Shown in pieces: positions 38,511 to 47,715 of a stretch of 64,000 nucleotides of DNA (its first letter is position 1; each line of letters begins with the position of its first letter). The position numbers were made by a program, and so were the translations under genes. The stretch is taken from NCBI GenBank assembly GCA_965140585.1, contig OZ223265.1, forward strand, positions 224,001-288,000, read 5' to 3'. The notes under the pieces were generated by a model, which worked only from the letters and a program-made list of their open reading frames with translations, was not told where the DNA came from and made no database searches. This DNA comes from Spirochaetia bacterium. Lineage in GTDB: Bacteria > Spirochaetota > Spirochaetia > UBA9216.

Positions 38511-40589
38511 TTATTTGATATTATCTGATATTGTTTCAGCTGCAATATAGCCGTATGTCAGAGCAGAAGGAAAGCCGTATCCGTAAACAGAACCGTCTTT
38601 CTCTTCAATTGATCCTGCAACATCTCCGGCTGCATAAAGATTTGATACTGGATTACCGTTTTCATCAAGAACTCTTGCCTTTGTATCAATAACAAGTCCT
38701 CCCGTAGTAAGATAGAAATTCGGCTCTATTCTAACTGCGAAAATTCCATCTCTCGTTTCAAGATAAGAGACTCGTCTCTTTCCTGCCTGAGCATTCTCAT
38801 TATTGATTTTAACTGATTCAGGAAGGCCCGGAAGATCAAGTCTGCCTGCAGCATCTTCTACTGTATTGAAATGAAGAACTTCATCTCTTTCGAAAACGGA
38901 AGCATATGAAAATCCGTAAGTCATTGACTTTTTCATTGCTTCAACGCCTTCTTCATCAAAGAAGTAATAAAAACGGCCGCCGTTTTCGGGCTCGAGCTTG
39001 GCGTTTCCAAGTCCGACATGGCTGGTATCATGAATCGGGATTCCGTTCCCATTAACCATCAGGCCGGGTACTGTAAAATCAATGAAGGCAACTTCAAAGT
39101 TGGAACCATAGACTGCCGGAAATGCTCCCAGAGGCCTGCCCATGCATTCGATAGCGGCGCCCTGTTCCATTGCCATTAATATTCCCTCTCCTGTATTTCC
39201 ATTGACTCCATTAAAAAACTGCCCCTCATATTCCGGATAGTATTCTGCAATCATATCCGGGTTGGAGGCAAAACCGCCGGTGGCAAGCATCACTGCATCT
39301 GCCGTAATGTTCCAGGTTCTGCCGTCTTTACCTTCAGCCACAAGACCGTTAACTGTGCCGCTGCTGTCTGTTGTCAATGAAACCACCGGTGTCGCATATA
39401 TAATTCTGGAGCCCTGAACCGTTATCCTGTCAGCAAGAAACATTGCGGAATATCCTGCTCCCCCCTGATACACACCTGGAGACATATAGGGCTGAAGTCC
39501 CAGCTGCAAACCGCCTTCGTAACGTCCCATAGGTTCAAAACCGATTCCGATTTCACGCATCCAGTCAACCATTCCGCCTGAACTGTCCATCATGGCTGTT
39601 TTATAGGGCATTGCCTTATTAAAACGATCAAACTCCGGTCTTACGTAGTTTTCAAGTATCTTCATCAAGATATTCTTATTCCAGTAGGGGTCCTGCTGCT
39701 CACGGCCCTGTCCGTATTCTGCCGCAGCCTTGCTTCCGCCGCTCAGAATACCTCCATAAGTCATAGGCATAGCTCCGCCGGGAATATCGGCTTTTTCAAA
39801 AATCAGTACCTTGTATCCCATATCGGACAGCCTGGCCCCGGCCATCAGACCTGAAGTTCCGGCACCGGCAATTACTACATCTACATGCTCTTCAATTACC
39901 TCATCAGACAGCGCCGGAGCTTCGAGCGGTACCATAAATGCTGAAACATCTCCGCCGGCCTGCTTGATTGCGTCTGTTACTGCAGCCTTTATAGCTGCTG
40001 ATGAAACGCTGGCTCCTGTTACCGAATCAACCATAAGGCTCTGATTTGCAACAATTCTCTCAGGAATCCTGGCAGCAGCAAAATTTCCAACCCCCATGGT
40101 TTCCTCATGAGAGATAACCTTGCAGCTCTGGATCTGCTCATCCTTAAAAACTGTAACAACATTAATATAGTTTTCATGCCCCATTGCCCTTGTGACATAT
40201 TTACCGTCTTTTAATTTGTAGACTGTAATCTCTCCACGGGCCGCTGAGAGAGCTGCCTCAAGTGCTGTCTTTACTGCATTGCTTGTGACGGTTGCACCCG
40301 ATACAGTATCTACGCGTCCATCCGCGTTTCCCAATATATTTTCAGCAAGAACAGGTATAGCCGCGCCTCCAATTTCCGGAGTTTCATTAGCGCCGGTGAT
40401 GCTTATATCGATGATTTTATTGTAATCAACGACAATATTTACTGTGACATCACCTCCAAGCCCCATAGCTGAGCCCGAATATTCACCGGGGCTGAATACA
40501 TCTTCAGCTGCTGAAGACTTTCCGCTCTGGCAGGCCATAATTGCTGCCGAAGCAAGCATTAAAACGATAAGTCTGCTTATCTTCTTCAA
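38511..40589 (-). CDS. Flavinylated extracytoplasmic FAD reductase lipoprotein (two FMN-bind domains plus a fumarate-reductase-like flavoprotein)
   Basis: TTG start behind an AGGAGA SD; lipobox AIMAC; flavinylation motifs VDTVSGAT and VDSVTGAS; GAGTSG, LATGGF and LYAAGD. Confidence 0.88.
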   Translation of the reverse strand: MKKISRLIVLMLASAAIMACQSGKSSAAEDVFSPGEYSGSAMGLGGDVTVNIVVDYNKIIDISITGANETPEIGGAAIPVLAENILGNADGRVDTVSGATVTSNAVKTALEAALSAARGEITVYKLKDGKYVTRAMGHENYINVVTVFKDEQIQSCKVISHEETMGVGNFAAARIPERIVANQSLMVDSVTGASVSSAAIKAAVTDAIKQAGGDVSAFMVPLEAPALSDEVIEEHVDVVIAGAGTSGLMAGARLSDMGYKVLIFEKADIPGGAMPMTYGGILSGGSKAAAEYGQGREQQDPYWNKNILMKILENYVRPEFDRFNKAMPYKTAMMDSSGGMVDWMREIGIGFEPMGRYEGGLQLGLQPYMSPGVYQGGAGYSAMFLADRITVQGSRIIYATPVVSLTTDSSGTVNGLVAEGKDGRTWNITADAVMLATGGFASNPDMIAEYYPEYEGQFFNGVNGNTGEGILMAMEQGAAIECMGRPLGAFPAVYGSNFEVAFIDFTVPGLMVNGNGIPIHDTSHVGLGNAKLEPENGGRFYYFFDEEGVEAMKKSMTYGFSYASVFERDEVLHFNTVEDAAGRLDLPGLPESVKINNENAQAGKRRVSYLETRDGIFAVRIEPNFYLTTGGLVIDTKARVLDENGNPVSNLYAAGDVAGSIEEKDGSVYGYGFPSALTYGYIAAETISDNIK

Positions 40590-40648
40590 TTGTTTTCTCC
40601 TAAATAGTTTTTGTAGGTAAGATTTTATCGATTCGATAGTAACATCTT

Positions 40649-40756
40649 TTTGTATATACAAATAGAGGGTTTTGGCTGTTATATGTGAATTTTATAAATT
40701 TAATTGTGAATATTATTGATATATAGAGTTATATTTGATTTTACATGTATATACAA
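40649..40756. promoter_or_regulatory. HutC/GntR-type palindromic operators TGTATATACA
   Basis: TTTGTATATACAAA at 40649-40662 and TGTATATACA at 40746-40755; a related TATATATACA lies near 37049, upstream of corrinoid-gntR. Confidence 0.65.
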
Positions 40757-40778
40757 ATACTGTTTAATTTAGATTGAT

Positions 40779-41755
40779 TTAAACTATACTTTTATAATAG
40801 TCTTTTCCATATCTAAAAGCTTCATCGGTAATCTGTTGATTAAACAATATCGTTTCCTGTGTGTTTTTCCCCTGTACCCTGTGATTCCCAAGTATGAAAC
40901 TGCCGTACGGGGCATAGGCATCAATAGCTCTCCGCACCTCTGCCCGGCGTTCATCCTCAGCGGCATTAACCGAAGAAGCAGGGCTGTGTGTATCAAATCC
41001 TCCGATAAAACTGTATTGTTTTCCGTACTTTTTTAGCAGCGCTACAATATCATTCTAGGCTGACAGGAGCTCCATGCTATTGCCCCTTCTTCAATGAAAT
41101 CATCGATATGAATTTCAGCCTTTCCGCAGCAGTGGTTGATCGGAACAGCACCGACAGCTTTAATAGCATCATTTAGTTTTTTATGTTGAGGTTTGATAAA
41201 TTCTCTATACAGTTCCGTAGATAAAAAAGGAGCAGTTTTATATGCCACATCATCAAAAATCACAATACATTCAGGATTAGAATATTCCGAAACAATATTA
41301 ATATACCTGATTCTGTATTCAGTATGTACATCAAGCATATCATGACAGGCAGAAGGTTCATCCATGAGACTGAAAACCATATTTTCATATCCGATTAGAT
41401 CCAGAAACCTTTCAAACGTTCCGTTTCCCATGCAGTATTCCAGAACCTGCTCATCACGATTGAGATTTGCCAGTTCCTGCTGGGCTTTGGCTGCCCAATC
41501 AATACCATCAAGATCAGGAAATGTGACCTGCTTCTCCCACTTGGTAATATCTTTTAAGACATAGTCGGAATTTGGTGTAGCCCCCTCCGGAAGATGTTCC
41601 TATACAACCCCAAAGCCATCCGGACCGCCGCCTGCCGGACCCTTTTCAAACCAGTCCATAAGCCCTACATTGTATCGAACAGGAGCTGAATATACAGGAA
41701 CACTATCAGGGATTCCATGATTTAAAGCTGTTAAATAGTTTTCTTTTAATGTCAT
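40779..41755 (-). pseudogene. Uroporphyrinogen-decarboxylase-family corrinoid methyltransferase, disrupted
   Basis: Reads MTLKENYL...DGFGVV*EHLP...DITKWEKQVTFPDLD...FDD...HCCGK. In-frame TAG at 41602-41600. A 1-nt frameshift near 41055 separates the C-terminus NDIVALLKKYG...GGFD...YAPYGSF. Confidence 0.85.
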
Positions 41756-41835
41756 TTAAACCTTCCATGCAATTTTAAAATACTATTTTACCCCTTACCC
41801 AAATAGTAAGGTCAATTATTATCTGCAGATGGAGC

Positions 41836-41871
41836 AAAAAAAAAGCGGTTCCGGAATAAACCGGAACCGCT
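41836..41871 (-). terminator. Terminator of the mbx-like operon
   Basis: A9 plus GCGGTTCCGG-AATAAA-CCGGAACCGC. Confidence 0.85.
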
Positions 41872-41919
41872 GCGTTTCTCCTGACAGGCGTCAGCCTGCA
41901 CCTTTTTTAATAAAGTTTC

Positions 41920-42366
41920 TTAATCAAGCTTAGCTATCATATTTGAAACTCTTTTAACATGTCCGCTTTCCTGATTGAAAAGCATGGTAAAAAGATCAAC
42001 CACATCGGCTGAAAGATTGGTCATTGTCATTACCTGCCGGTAAAAATCTCTTGTATGCTCTTCGCGTTCAAGAGCTACCCCGAGTATGCTCCGGGCATCG
42101 GCTCCGTCAGGTATAACCCGGTTCTGAATCAGCCTCTCAAGGCTTTCATGATCAAAACCAGCCGCATCGCCGTCAGGTGTTGAATCAAGGATATTTGAAA
42201 GCCTTGATTCATGCTTAACCTCTTCCGCTTCAAGCTGAAGCAGAAGTTCCTTCACCGGTTCATTAACCTCCAGTGAAGCTGCCTTTCCATAGAAAAGCAT
42301 ACTCTCATGTTCAATTTTAATTGAATATTTGAGGATATCAGAAATCTTCATATCTCCTGTACTCAT
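41920..42366 (-). CDS. Ferritin-like/rubrerythrin-family diiron protein
   Basis: Duplicated E...FY...ExxH motifs (EEVKH, QESGH); AAGGAG SD. Confidence 0.8.
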   Translation of the reverse strand: MSTGDMKISDILKYSIKIEHESMLFYGKAASLEVNEPVKELLLQLEAEEVKHESRLSNILDSTPDGDAAGFDHESLERLIQNRVIPDGADARSILGVALEREEHTRDFYRQVMTMTNLSADVVDLFTMLFNQESGHVKRVSNMIAKLD

Positions 42367-42475
42367 ACTAATTACTACTCCTTTAAACAGCCTGCCACCA
42401 GGGCAGGATTCAAGCGTGAAGTTTGACAGCAAGGCTTCTCAAACTTCAAAAAGATAAAATTCCAAGGATGTGATT

Positions 42476-44320
42476 CTATCTTTCCTTTCCCGTCAGGTAA
42501 CGATCAATACCCACCGCTGCAAGATGACCTGTAGCAATTCCCGTAATTACATCCGGACCCTTAACGATGTCTCCGCCGGAAAACAGCCAGGGTTCTTCTT
42601 TTACCTGGTAATCAGGATCTGTGACAATCTGTCTTCTTGGACTGAATTTAATATTCTCTTTCAAACCGTCCGAAATGTATTCAAGATTTGCAGCCTGACC
42701 GATTGATTCAACGATCATATCAGCCTCATAGAAGTTCTTGTCATCCATATCAAGCTTTGGATTGAACCTTCCCTCATCATCAAATATTGAAAGACATTTT
42801 GCGACTTCAAGACCCTTAACATTCTCAGAATCAGTTATTTGAATTCCTATCGGACCGTAACCGGGTGTTATAACAGCTCCCTCTTCACGTGCTTCAATAA
42901 CTTCTTCATCATCAGCGGGCATTGCATCTACGGGTTCAAGACATGTTGCAGTTACATCAACCTTTCCGTATTTCTGCTTCTGAATTCGCGCCAGTGAACG
43001 GGTAATATCCATAGCAACATTACCGCCGCCAATTACAACAATCTTTTCAGGTACATAAATTTCTTCACCGAGGGTGATCTTCCGGAGCAGGTCGATGGAC
43101 TGAAATACCTTCTTGTGATCGGAATTTTCAAGCATTGTCGACCGTCCGAGATGCAGACCGGTTCCGGCGAATACAGCATCAAAATCATTTTTCAGTTTCT
43201 CAAGTGTAATATCAGTTCCGACTCTGCAGTTTGTTTTTAGGTCAACGCCAAGGGAAAGAATATAATTTACATCCTTATCTATCTGATCATAGGGAAGCCT
43301 GTACTCGGGAATACCATAACGCATCATACCGCCGGCCTCGGGCAGAGCTTCAAATATTGTTACCTCATAACCCATTGTCGAAAGGTAGTGGGCAGCCGAT
43401 AGACCGGAAGGACCGGCGCCTATAACTGCAACCTTTTTCCCGTTTTTTATGATCTTATCGGTGCCGAGTATTTCCCTGTATTTTTCAGCAGGTACATTAT
43501 CCGCAATATATCGTTTAAGCCATCGTATTGAAATAGCATCGCCCTTGTTTCCAATTGAGCAGACTGTCTCGCATTTGTGCGTACAGATTCGTCCACAAAC
43601 CTCAGGGAGGGGGTTTGTTTCATAAAGGATGCGCAGGCCCTCCTCCAGATCATCCTCGCGAATAGCATTGATATAAGCCGGAATCCCCATATGTGCAGGA
43701 CATGTTGCAGTACAGATGCCGCATTCAACACAGCGATCGGCCTCCTTGAGAGCCTGTTCCTTGGAGTAGCCCTTCATCATTTCAATAAAGGAACTTCCCC
43801 GCTGGTCGGCGTTAAGATGATCCATCGGAACTCTTTCAGGCGGTGTAAGATCATAGTTATCGGGCTTTCTGTAGCCTTCCTCTACCCTGTCCCAGTATTT
43901 ATCTTCAGCACCCGCAACAAAGCGGTAGTCATCGGGACTGCCGAACTTATCACGGTCTATTGCCTCATCGGCATTTTCACCCTCAACCGACCACCGGAAA
44001 CGGTTTGACATCCGCAGGGAATTAGTCGTACAGATGTCTACACACAAAGCGCACCAGCAGCATCGGCCGTAGTCAATTCTGGGTCGAAGCCCGCTGTCAC
44101 CAGGTTTGGCTTCTATTCCCTCAACCGGGACCAGATCTATTGCGGCATTCTGGCAGATTTCTTCACAGGTGCCGCAGCCGATGCATTTATCTATATCATT
44201 TATATGAAACCCGCGGTACCTTTCAGATCCTTCATTGGAATGGGGATCCTTCATGGTGACCGGTTCCTTGACAATATTCTTCCACACCGTAAACGGGTAT
44301 AGTACGTCTTTCCAACTCAT
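42476..44320 (-). CDS. NuoI/MbxN-like ferredoxin fused to a GltD/SudA-like NAD(P)H flavoprotein
   Basis: RYRGFH, CIGCGTCEEIC, CCWCALCVDIC; then RCVEC...CPAH, CGRIC...CE, GAGPSG, GIPEYRL, GGGNVA and GGD. Confidence 0.9.
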   Translation of the reverse strand: MSWKDVLYPFTVWKNIVKEPVTMKDPHSNEGSERYRGFHINDIDKCIGCGTCEEICQNAAIDLVPVEGIEAKPGDSGLRPRIDYGRCCWCALCVDICTTNSLRMSNRFRWSVEGENADEAIDRDKFGSPDDYRFVAGAEDKYWDRVEEGYRKPDNYDLTPPERVPMDHLNADQRGSSFIEMMKGYSKEQALKEADRCVECGICTATCPAHMGIPAYINAIREDDLEEGLRILYETNPLPEVCGRICTHKCETVCSIGNKGDAISIRWLKRYIADNVPAEKYREILGTDKIIKNGKKVAVIGAGPSGLSAAHYLSTMGYEVTIFEALPEAGGMMRYGIPEYRLPYDQIDKDVNYILSLGVDLKTNCRVGTDITLEKLKNDFDAVFAGTGLHLGRSTMLENSDHKKVFQSIDLLRKITLGEEIYVPEKIVVIGGGNVAMDITRSLARIQKQKYGKVDVTATCLEPVDAMPADDEEVIEAREEGAVITPGYGPIGIQITDSENVKGLEVAKCLSIFDDEGRFNPKLDMDDKNFYEADMIVESIGQAANLEYISDGLKENIKFSPRRQIVTDPDYQVKEEPWLFSGGDIVKGPDVITGIATGHLAAVGIDRYLTGKER

Positions 44321-44323
44321 GAT

Positions 44324-45505
44324 TTACCTCTCTACCTCAGGCGGATATGTGTGCAGCGAAACCAGGGTTCCGGCAACATCGGCTAAATTGCAGTTAACAA
44401 GCATTTTCTCGGCAAGTGTAACCGCGTGGGTATAGGATGGGCCTCTTACATTTACACGTCTGGGATATCCTGAGCCGTCTGTGACAATATAGTAACCGTA
44501 TTCGCCGCGGGTACATTCCGCATTTACATAAGCTTCTCCGGCAGGAATCTTCCAGTGAAGGACACTGGGCATATCTGCCTTGAAAGTCCCTGTCTCCGGA
44601 GTTGAATCAAGGATCTGCTTTATAAGATCGATTGTCATCATGCAGTCGCGCCATCTGAGCCTGGCCCTTGCATACACATCAGAATCAGTTTCTATTACAG
44701 GTTCAAAATCAAGCTCCGGATACTTCAGGTAGGGATAGTCCTTGCGGATATCCTTCGGGATGCCGGCGCCTCTTGCGTTAGGTCCGGTTATTCCCCATTC
44801 ATCCACCCAGTCGGGATTGATATATCCAAGGCCTTTAGCCCTCTTTTTGAATACAGAGTTATTGAACACTACCCTCTCATAATCCTTCAGAAGCGGCACA
44901 ATCTCATCCAGTACTTCAAGCATTCTCTGCTTGAAGCCCTTTGTAAGGTTGTCCCGTACTCCGCCGGGGATGATGAAGATATGGTAGATTCGGCCGCCTG
45001 TGAGCTCTTCAAACATCTGAAGTACACGGTCCCTGCTGTAAAGCATCCACTGGCTGGGGATTCCCATACCGAAGGAGCCCACCTGGCCGCTTAACCACAT
45101 TAGGTAGGACTGAAGCCTTGCCATTTCAAGAATCAGGGTACGAATCCATAGAGCGTTCTCGGGTATTTCAATACCGGCAAGTTCTTCAAGGGCTGCGGCG
45201 TAGCAGTATTCGTTGAAATCAGGTTCAGGAACACAGACCCTGCATACAAGCGGAAAGTTGTTGATGAAGCGTCTGCGCTCCATCAGCTTTTCAAAGCCGC
45301 GGTGCAGGTAGCCCACATGGGTCTTGGATTCCATTACCTCATCGCCCAGAACTGTAAGCTCAAGCGACATGTTTCCCGTAATTCCGGGATGGTTAGGCCC
45401 CTGCCAGATCTTCGTATATTTTCCGCTGGAGAGATCTATGTCTACAGTTCCGTCACTGCGGGTTTCGGGAAAAAGTTCCCTGTTTTTTACACCAAAATTC
45501 AGCAT
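44324..45505 (-). CDS. NuoD/MbxL-like subunit lacking the NiFe ligand set
   Basis: GPNHP, GYLHRGFEK, CRVCVPEP and ECTRGE; C-terminus HTYPPEVER has no DPCxxC. Confidence 0.9.
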   Translation of the reverse strand: MLNFGVKNRELFPETRSDGTVDIDLSSGKYTKIWQGPNHPGITGNMSLELTVLGDEVMESKTHVGYLHRGFEKLMERRRFINNFPLVCRVCVPEPDFNEYCYAAALEELAGIEIPENALWIRTLILEMARLQSYLMWLSGQVGSFGMGIPSQWMLYSRDRVLQMFEELTGGRIYHIFIIPGGVRDNLTKGFKQRMLEVLDEIVPLLKDYERVVFNNSVFKKRAKGLGYINPDWVDEWGITGPNARGAGIPKDIRKDYPYLKYPELDFEPVIETDSDVYARARLRWRDCMMTIDLIKQILDSTPETGTFKADMPSVLHWKIPAGEAYVNAECTRGEYGYYIVTDGSGYPRRVNVRGPSYTHAVTLAEKMLVNCNLADVAGTLVSLHTYPPEVER

Positions 45506-46098
45506 TACACCCCTCCTGAAGAATTCTTTGAATTCTTCAGAGAAAAGCCGTCAGGCTTTTCTCCTTCATGAGGATACATCTTTTCTTTCATGTACCCGGC
45601 AGGATCATTTGTGCCCCGGCCTTCTCTTGGAAAGTACGTTTCCTCCGAATACCTCTTTGTGTCGAAGTCTCTACGGTACGGAGGTATATCATCCCAGTAT
45701 TCAAGAATGAGAGGCTCGTTTATTTCAGGGCTGTTCGGAAAGTCGATGCCGAACATTTCATGCAGCTCCCTCTGATAGGTTTTCGCCGCCGGCCAGAGGT
45801 GGTGGGCTGTAAACATTTCTGATTCTTCCGGCCAGACTGAGCGCTCAATAAAAGTGCGGACGCCAAGCCTTGTTTTATCAGACGGATTGTTCAGCAGATA
45901 GGTCAGCTGGAAGCGGTTATCCTCTATCCAGTCAACTGCTGTTATCAGTATCAGATGTGTAAAGCCTTCCCTTGTTTTCAGGTATTCAAGCAGACTGACT
46001 GTATCCTTCTTTTCGCATGTCAGATACCAGCCGTGTGCCGATGTTACGTCTGACAGGGGAAAATGCTTTTTAATATTATCAATTACCTTTTCCATCAT
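45505..46098 (-). CDS. NuoC/MbxK-like subunit
   Basis: TAVDW, RELHEMFGIDF and PPYRRDF motifs. Confidence 0.9.
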   Translation of the reverse strand: MMEKVIDNIKKHFPLSDVTSAHGWYLTCEKKDTVSLLEYLKTREGFTHLILITAVDWIEDNRFQLTYLLNNPSDKTRLGVRTFIERSVWPEESEMFTAHHLWPAAKTYQRELHEMFGIDFPNSPEINEPLILEYWDDIPPYRRDFDTKRYSEETYFPREGRGTNDPAGYMKEKMYPHEGEKPDGFSLKNSKNSSGGV

Positions 46099-46103
46099 TC
46101 CCC

Positions 46104-46769
46104 CTACCAGTTATAGTCAGGCATATCCCAGTCTTTGATTATCTTTTTCTGGTTTGCCTTATACCATTCAAAATTTTCAGCGTACTTGTTCGCACCCTCA
46201 CCACGGCCTTCCTTGATTCGCATCTTCAGAGATTCAAAGGCATCAAGCAAAGCTTCAGGCCTGGGCATGCATCCGGTTACATAGACATCAACCGGAATGT
46301 AATGATCGAGCCTGTTTATTGTATTGTAACTGTCCCAGTACATTCCGCCGTTTATTGTACAGCTGCATACGGCAACAACCCACTTGGGGCCCTGCATCTG
46401 CTCATAGCTGCGGACAATTCGCTTGATAGTCTTAACCGATGCGTAACCGCCAATAAGGAATACGGTTGACTGCCTGGGAGTCGGACGCCAGTGAATACCG
46501 AATCGGAAGGCGTCGTACATCGGACTCATAAGGGGACGCATTTCAATCGCGCCGCAGCCTGTTCCGAATCCGAGTATGTAGATAGACTCGGCACGGCACC
46601 AGTTTGCAAATTTTTCAAGCGGAGTAATCGGGTTGGGTTTGTGGACCTTCGGTTTTGCATCCGCAAAATAATCTTTATATGGATCAACCTCAAACTGCTC
46701 GCCGTCAGGAGAGGTAACCATTCGTTTTTCAAGATCTGCCGATCTTTTTCCATAGTTCATCTTTGCCAT
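46104..46769 (-). CDS. NuoB/MbxJ-like Fe-S subunit
   Basis: GTGCGAIEM, TPRQ, CSCTINGG and PVDVYVTGCMPRPEA motifs. Confidence 0.92.
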   Translation of the reverse strand: MAKMNYGKRSADLEKRMVTSPDGEQFEVDPYKDYFADAKPKVHKPNPITPLEKFANWCRAESIYILGFGTGCGAIEMRPLMSPMYDAFRFGIHWRPTPRQSTVFLIGGYASVKTIKRIVRSYEQMQGPKWVVAVCSCTINGGMYWDSYNTINRLDHYIPVDVYVTGCMPRPEALLDAFESLKMRIKEGRGEGANKYAENFEWYKANQKKIIKDWDMPDYNW

Positions 46770-46770
46770 A

Positions 46771-47715
46771 TCAATAGTACCTTATGTATACGAGGATAAT
46801 TGAGATTAATCCGATAATCAGCGGATACTTTATAAACCACCGGATGCTCTGATCCACCCGGAATCTCGGAAATGACAGCCCGACAAAAACCGACCACATA
46901 TACAATAGAAATGTTTTAAGGAAGAACACAACAAATGTAAGAAACCAGTTATTGTAAAGGGCAACGCCGCCGAAGAAAAAGTTCACATACAGAACAGTCT
47001 TTGCAACCGGAAAAATAGTCCTGTTGGTCATCAGCATTGCAAGAAAGTGCGACTGCATTTCGGTAGGCGGTCCGATTGGTATTTCCTGCGGCGCAATTAC
47101 GATATCAAAAGGAGACCGCATCATTGATCCGAGAAACCCAAGCATTGCCGCGGCGACTGCAACGGGATTTGTGAACAGCGTCCAGTTGAGAAAGCTTCCC
47201 TGCTGTGCGGCTACTATTTCAGTGATATTAAGCGTTCCGTACTGGACCGCCATTGAGTAGACAGCCATGATAAGCGGAATCTCTGCGGCAGTAACCTGGG
47301 CAAGGCCGCGGCTTACCGCAATCATTGAATACGGGTGACCTGCTTCGGCTCCGCCAAGTGCCATTCCCAGAGTCCCCAGGAAGATAAAATAGGATATGAG
47401 AACCAGATCGCCTGAGAACGAGAATGATGAAAACAGCGGCGCACCGTAGATCAGCGGAATAAAAAGCAGTATGCCTGCTCCGCCGACGAAGCGGAATACC
47501 GGGGCGATGTAGAACATAACTCCGTGTGAAACTGATGATCGGGTAGCCCACTGTCTTATGATGTTTATAAACGGCTGGTAAATCCTGATGCCGCGGCGTT
47601 TACCAACCCTTGCATATATCTTTCCTATAATTCCCTGCAGAACAAGTCCGTAAATTATCAACAGAAAGATGGTTACAAGTGCATATAGAATTTTTATGTA
47701 TTCAAATTCACCCAT
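46771..47715 (-). CDS. NuoH/MbxM-like membrane subunit
   Basis: ARVGKRRG, QPF, PFDIVIAPQEI and FPRFRVDQ motifs. Confidence 0.9.
   Translation of the reverse strand: MGEFEYIKILYALVTIFLLIIYGLVLQGIIGKIYARVGKRRGIRIYQPFINIIRQWATRSSVSHGVMFYIAPVFRFVGGAGILLFIPLIYGAPLFSSFSFSGDLVLISYFIFLGTLGMALGGAEAGHPYSMIAVSRGLAQVTAAEIPLIMAVYSMAVQYGTLNITEIVAAQQGSFLNWTLFTNPVAVAAAMLGFLGSMMRSPFDIVIAPQEIPIGPPTEMQSHFLAMLMTNRTIFPVAKTVLYVNFFFGGVALYNNWFLTFVVFFLKTFLLYMWSVFVGLSFPRFRVDQSIRWFIKYPLIIGLISIILVYIRYY

Noticed and set aside
40784-40996. 70-aa ORF as an independent gene
   Set aside because: It is an off-frame shadow of the methyltransferase pseudogene C-terminus.
41600-41602. Pyrrolysine readthrough
   Set aside because: The position fits a conserved Trp (one-base change), the family is not MttB/MtmB/MtbB, and a second frameshift exists.
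44324-45505. Group 4 NiFe-hydrogenase large subunit
   Set aside because: Lacks RxCxxC and the C-terminal DPCxxC; no maturation genes nearby and no in-frame TGA suggesting Sec.
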